A stretch of DNA of 64,000 nt from an uncultured Candidatus Saccharibacteria bacterium (GTDB taxonomy: Bacteria; Patescibacteriota; Saccharimonadia; Saccharimonadales; JALRHH01): the NCBI GenBank assembly GCA_964559915.1, contig CAZLJP010000003.1, positions 119,769-183,768 of the forward strand, given 5' to 3'. Below the pieces are notes generated by a model that did no database searches, had not been told where the DNA came from, and saw only the letters and a list, made by a program, of their open reading frames with translations. This document shows, one piece after another, positions 60,819-64,000 of this stretch (positions are counted from its first letter, which is position 1; every line of letters begins with the position of its first letter). The position numbers and the translations under genes were made by a program.

Positions 60819-62246
60819 ATGACGAGGTTCCTCACGCCTTCAGAAATAGACAGCTATATCCAAACTGATAGTTCTTTTGATGATTTTACACTTTTTGAGG
60901 ACGATCCTAATATACGATTACTAGCGAAAGAAGCTTTTCTAACGGGTGCTGTTAATGCACCAAAGTATGATTATCCAAAGCTGGATATACTAGGAGATTC
61001 TGGTACGGCTGATGAAGATAAACAGCCAACGGACCTACGTGACAAAAAACATCAAACTTATGAAGCAATTCTTGAGCTAGAACAGAACAAGGATTCAGGC
61101 TATCTTACGCCAGAGATTTATGAATTATATGCTGGCTATCATGAAGCAAGCTTGCAAAAGATGATGTTAGTGCAGGCAGCGGAACACTTGCGCCACGCTG
61201 GTTCTTCGAGTGCAGAAGAAACGGCTCGTACAGAGTTTATGCAGCTCAATAAAGAGCTGTATGGTGAGATGGACTCGCATGCGTTTAACGCAATAATGAC
61301 ATCTGAGCAAAATCGAGTCACTAGATTTAAGCCTACAACTGAGCTTGCGTGGGACATTCAATCTAGCCTGGAAGATTATTTCAATCGTCATGAATTTAAT
61401 GTTCATGAAGAGCCACTACTAGACACAGAGACAATTGAGCAACTGAACGAAATTATTTTAGAACGCTACGCACATATTCTTAATGTAGTGCCTGGCACAG
61501 AAGATATCGTATATGATGCTGTTGAATGTCGTGACATTATGAATGAGGCTTTGGAGCGAGGTGGTCTATCTGCTGATGGTTGGACGGTTGAAGTCAGTAC
61601 AACTAAGGCTAATCCCACTACTAATGATAATTTGAAAAAGATTTTCCTACCTGTTACCACCAGGCGTACAGCCCCAGAGTTAAGGCGCGTGATAGTACAC
61701 GAGCAAGAAGTCCACGCTCGCAGAGCAAAAAATGGCGCAGATCTTGGCGTAAAAGCTTTGGAGTCTGGTACCGCAAACTATGCCGATGTTGAAGAAGGAC
61801 TAGGAGTATTGCTGGAGTGTGTACTGAGCAAAAATCTTAATAATCCATCATTCAACCGTGCGCGAGACAGATATATTACAGCCGGCCTAGCATTAGGCAC
61901 TGACGGTACTCCTAAGGACTCATTAGCAACTTTTAATATTCTTTGGAAACTACTTGCGATTCGCAGTGCAACAGACGGTTCAATCAGTGAAGGCAATGTA
62001 CTCGCGGCAAAGAAACAAGCCTTCGTTCATATTGAGAACGCTTTTCGTGGTACCAATTTTGCTAAACCAGGGGTTATTTATAGCAAGCTTAAGGTATATT
62101 ACGAGGGTTTATCAAAAAATGCTCAGTTCTTTATGGACCAAAAGGGTGATCTGAGCGGTGCTCTTGACCGTGCCATGCGAGGTAAACATGACCATACTGA
62201 CCCTGAGGAGGCTGCACTTGTGCAGCGTATCGCCAAGGGTGCATAG
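60819..62246 (+). CDS. DUF1704-like putative metallocarboxypeptidase (MATCAP/QEGLA-motif family)
   Basis: 475 aa. VIVHEQEVHARR (H-E...H) followed by ADVEEGLGVLLE resembles the HExxxH + (Q/E)EGLA pattern of DUF1704 (recalled from memory). Confidence 0.45.
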   Translation: MTRFLTPSEIDSYIQTDSSFDDFTLFEDDPNIRLLAKEAFLTGAVNAPKYDYPKLDILGDSGTADEDKQPTDLRDKKHQTYEAILELEQNKDSGYLTPEIYELYAGYHEASLQKMMLVQAAEHLRHAGSSSAEETARTEFMQLNKELYGEMDSHAFNAIMTSEQNRVTRFKPTTELAWDIQSSLEDYFNRHEFNVHEEPLLDTETIEQLNEIILERYAHILNVVPGTEDIVYDAVECRDIMNEALERGGLSADGWTVEVSTTKANPTTNDNLKKIFLPVTTRRTAPELRRVIVHEQEVHARRAKNGADLGVKALESGTANYADVEEGLGVLLECVLSKNLNNPSFNRARDRYITAGLALGTDGTPKDSLATFNILWKLLAIRSATDGSISEGNVLAAKKQAFVHIENAFRGTNFAKPGVIYSKLKVYYEGLSKNAQFFMDQKGDLSGALDRAMRGKHDHTDPEEAALVQRIAKGA

Positions 62247-62288
62247 TTCGGTTGCTCATTTAATGCTTATGGTAAATAATAAGGGTTA

Positions 62289-62399
62289 ATGAATAAGTTA
62301 CTAAAATCTCAGAGCGGTTTTATACCTATGCTCATCATGATTCTGTTGACCATCATTGGTGTGATTGCGCTGGCGTACTTCCGTGTCGCCTCTAAATAG
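62289..62399 (+). CDS. candidate 36-aa hydrophobic peptide
   Basis: MNKLLKSQSGFIPMLIMILLTIIGVIALAYFRVASK. One TM helix. Weak SD. Confidence 0.3.
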   Translation: MNKLLKSQSGFIPMLIMILLTIIGVIALAYFRVASK

Positions 62400-62401
62400 T
62401 A

Positions 62402-62430
62402 TTGATTTATATTCGTAAATATGCTATAAT
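62402..62430 (+). promoter_or_regulatory. sigma70-type promoter with extended -10
   Basis: TTGATT (62402-62407), 17-nt spacer ending TGC, TATAAT (62425-62430). Upstream of the retropepsin-like/rimK pair. Confidence 0.6.
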
Positions 62431-62473
62431 TACATAGTTATAGTGCTATTGCTTTAAACATGAATATGCTTAA

Positions 62474-62986
62474 ATGCTACGGCAAGAAACAGAACAATAT
62501 ATGCCTAAGTATCAAGTAATTATTGGTCGCGCAGAACACATCGACTTTGTCGGTACTTCTTTAAGTGTGCCCGCCAAAATTGATACTGGCGCTTTCCGCT
62601 CGTCTGTTCATGCCAGCAACATCAAAGAGATAAAAAATAAGAACGGAAAGAAAGTTCTGAAGTTTGACCTCTTGGGCCATCCATGTGCTCCCACTGCATT
62701 CCCACTCGAGGCAACACGCTACGACAAAGTCCTGGTCAAAAGTTCCAACGGCAGCGAAGAAATCCGTTATGAAATAACCATCAAGATAAAGATTGGCCCA
62801 AAAATTTTTGATACGAGCTTTACATTGGCTAACCGGGCAAACAACGTGTATCCAATATTAATTGGGCGTAAAGCATTAAATGACCGTTTTGTGGTAGACT
62901 CGGCAAAGACATCAGTGCCATTATCTGAATTAAAAAGAACGACTGGTCTTGTTACTTCAGATGATGCGGAAGATTTAGAGGATTAG
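62474..62986 (+). CDS. retropepsin-like ATP-dependent zinc protease family protein (RimK-associated)
   Basis: VIIGRAEHIDFVGTSLSVPAKIDTGAFRSSVHA (D-T-G aspartyl motif) and ILIGRKALNDRFVVD. ATG 62501 (MPKYQVIIG) is an alternative start. Confidence 0.75.
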   Translation: MLRQETEQYMPKYQVIIGRAEHIDFVGTSLSVPAKIDTGAFRSSVHASNIKEIKNKNGKKVLKFDLLGHPCAPTAFPLEATRYDKVLVKSSNGSEEIRYEITIKIKIGPKIFDTSFTLANRANNVYPILIGRKALNDRFVVDSAKTSVPLSELKRTTGLVTSDDAEDLED

Positions 62987-62987
62987 T

Positions 62988-63899
62988 ATGCGCATTGCTA
63001 TTTTGTCCAACGGACCAGGTAATTATTCAACCAAGCGCCTCAAGGAAGAGGCTGTACTTCGTGGTCACGAAGTAAAGGTTATCAAGTACAAGGATTGTTA
63101 TGCTGGTATCGAGCAGAGTAATCCAGTGGTGCGTTACGAGGGCGAAATGCTGAAGGATTTTGACGTCGTTATTCCACGTATTGCCAGCTACATGACACGC
63201 TATGGTACGGCTATTGTACGTCAGTTCGAGATGCAAGGTGTGTACACTCCAACTAGCTCGATTGCTATTGTTCGTGCCCGTGACAAGCTGCGCAGTATGC
63301 AGCTATTAGCGCGCGCCGGAGTAGGCGTGCCTAAGACTGTTTTTGCCCGTTCAGCGGCCGATGTTGATGACCTGATTGATGAGCTTGGTGGCACGCCAGT
63401 TATTATCAAGCTGGCTCGTGGTACCCACGGTAACGGTGTGGTATTGGCAGAGACTAAAAAGGCTGCAAAATCTGTACTCCAGGCGTTCTACGTTATGGAC
63501 GAAGACGGCACCAACATCCTATTGCAGGAATTCGTCAAAGAATCTGCCGGTACAGATATTCGTGCTTTTATCGTTGGTGGCAAGGTTGTTGCCAGCATGC
63601 AGCGCCAGAGTTTGGATGATGATTTCCGTTCTAACTTACACCAAGGCGGCGAAGGCAAGTCTATTAAACTGACTGACGAAGAGCGCAAGACTGCTCAAAA
63701 GGCAGCCAAGGCCATGGGCCTGGCTATTTGTGGTGTTGATATGATGCGGAGCGACCGTGGTCCACTAGTACTAGAAGTAAATGCCAGCCCAGGATTTGGT
63801 ATTGAAAAAGTGACTGGTCGTGATGTTGCAGGCAAGATTCTTGATTACATAGAGCAAAATGCCAAGGGCAAGCGCCGCCGTGACCGCGTGGGCGCGTAG
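62988..63899 (+). CDS. rimK: ATP-grasp ligase RimK (ribosomal protein S6--L-glutamate ligase family)
   Basis: MRIAILS...DVVIPRI...DKLRSMQLLARAGVGVPKT...VIIKLARGTHGNGV...DIRAFIVGGKVVASMQR...FRSNLHQGG...GVDMM...PLVLEVNASPG. Confidence 0.92.
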   Translation: MRIAILSNGPGNYSTKRLKEEAVLRGHEVKVIKYKDCYAGIEQSNPVVRYEGEMLKDFDVVIPRIASYMTRYGTAIVRQFEMQGVYTPTSSIAIVRARDKLRSMQLLARAGVGVPKTVFARSAADVDDLIDELGGTPVIIKLARGTHGNGVVLAETKKAAKSVLQAFYVMDEDGTNILLQEFVKESAGTDIRAFIVGGKVVASMQRQSLDDDFRSNLHQGGEGKSIKLTDEERKTAQKAAKAMGLAICGVDMMRSDRGPLVLEVNASPGFGIEKVTGRDVAGKILDYIEQNAKGKRRRDRVGA

Positions 63900-64000
63900 G
63901 CTTCTCCGTTCTGCTACTTTTTGGTGTCTGATTGTTGGGTTTATGCTTGGTTTCGTTTTATTGTTTACCCGTAATCAGGCTGATGTGGCAGGTATTGCGG
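63880..64000 (+). CDS. partial ORF (5' end only) encoding an N-terminal membrane anchor
   Basis: The only frame open to the window edge. GTG 63880 overlaps the rimK end. Encodes ...RRLLRSATFWCLIVGFMLGFVLLFTRNQADVAGIA. Confidence 0.3.
   Translation, partial: MTAWARRLLRSATFWCLIVGFMLGFVLLFTRNQADVAGIA

Overview
This 64-kb window is densely packed with about 70 CDS and three tRNA genes, all with anticodon CAT. I found no rRNA, CRISPR array, transposase or integrase. Short gene overlaps, small paralog-poor housekeeping genes and many membrane or low-complexity orphan proteins suggest a reduced-genome bacterium of the Patescibacteria/Saccharibacteria type. That taxonomic call is inference only.

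Layout:
- 1-7.3 kb: a cell-envelope glycan cluster (glmS, kinase, GT4, polyprenyl glycosylphosphotransferase, gtrA-like, LexA-N-like, uppP). It is interleaved with three copies of a ~165-260-nt structured repeat whose helices are kept by compensatory changes.
- 7.5-9.1 kb: a riboswitch-like leader plus terminator in front of an orphan 484-aa protein.
- 9-35 kb: housekeeping and transport genes (nadD, Kef-type antiporter, aspS, PIF1-like helicase, Cys-less MutY-like glycosylase, tsaC, mazG-like, Mur ligase, MFS, ABC-2 pair, dus, sodC).
- 35.9-41.1 kb: two CAT tRNAs, with a ~3.8-kb islet bracketed by ~160-190-bp direct repeats that include the tRNA-fMet 3' end. The islet carries an XRE/ImmA pair divergent from a tightly coupled operon of a DUF3892-like protein, a PD-(D/E)xK-like protein and a SMODS/CD-NTase-like nucleotidyltransferase. 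This is my best candidate for an undescribed nucleotide-signalling defence module.
- 45.6-45.9 kb: a third CAT tRNA nested among fragments of a second tRNA copy.
- 47-53 kb: tilS, ftsH, murJ, lepA.
- 55-60.8 kb: an hrcA-grpE-dnaK-dnaJ regulon with CIRCE operators and three inserted genes.
- 60.8-64 kb: a DUF1704-like/retropepsin-like/rimK cluster.

Function calls come from reading motifs by eye. Coordinates of features I called myself (RNAs, repeats, signals, small ORFs) may be off by 1-2 nt.
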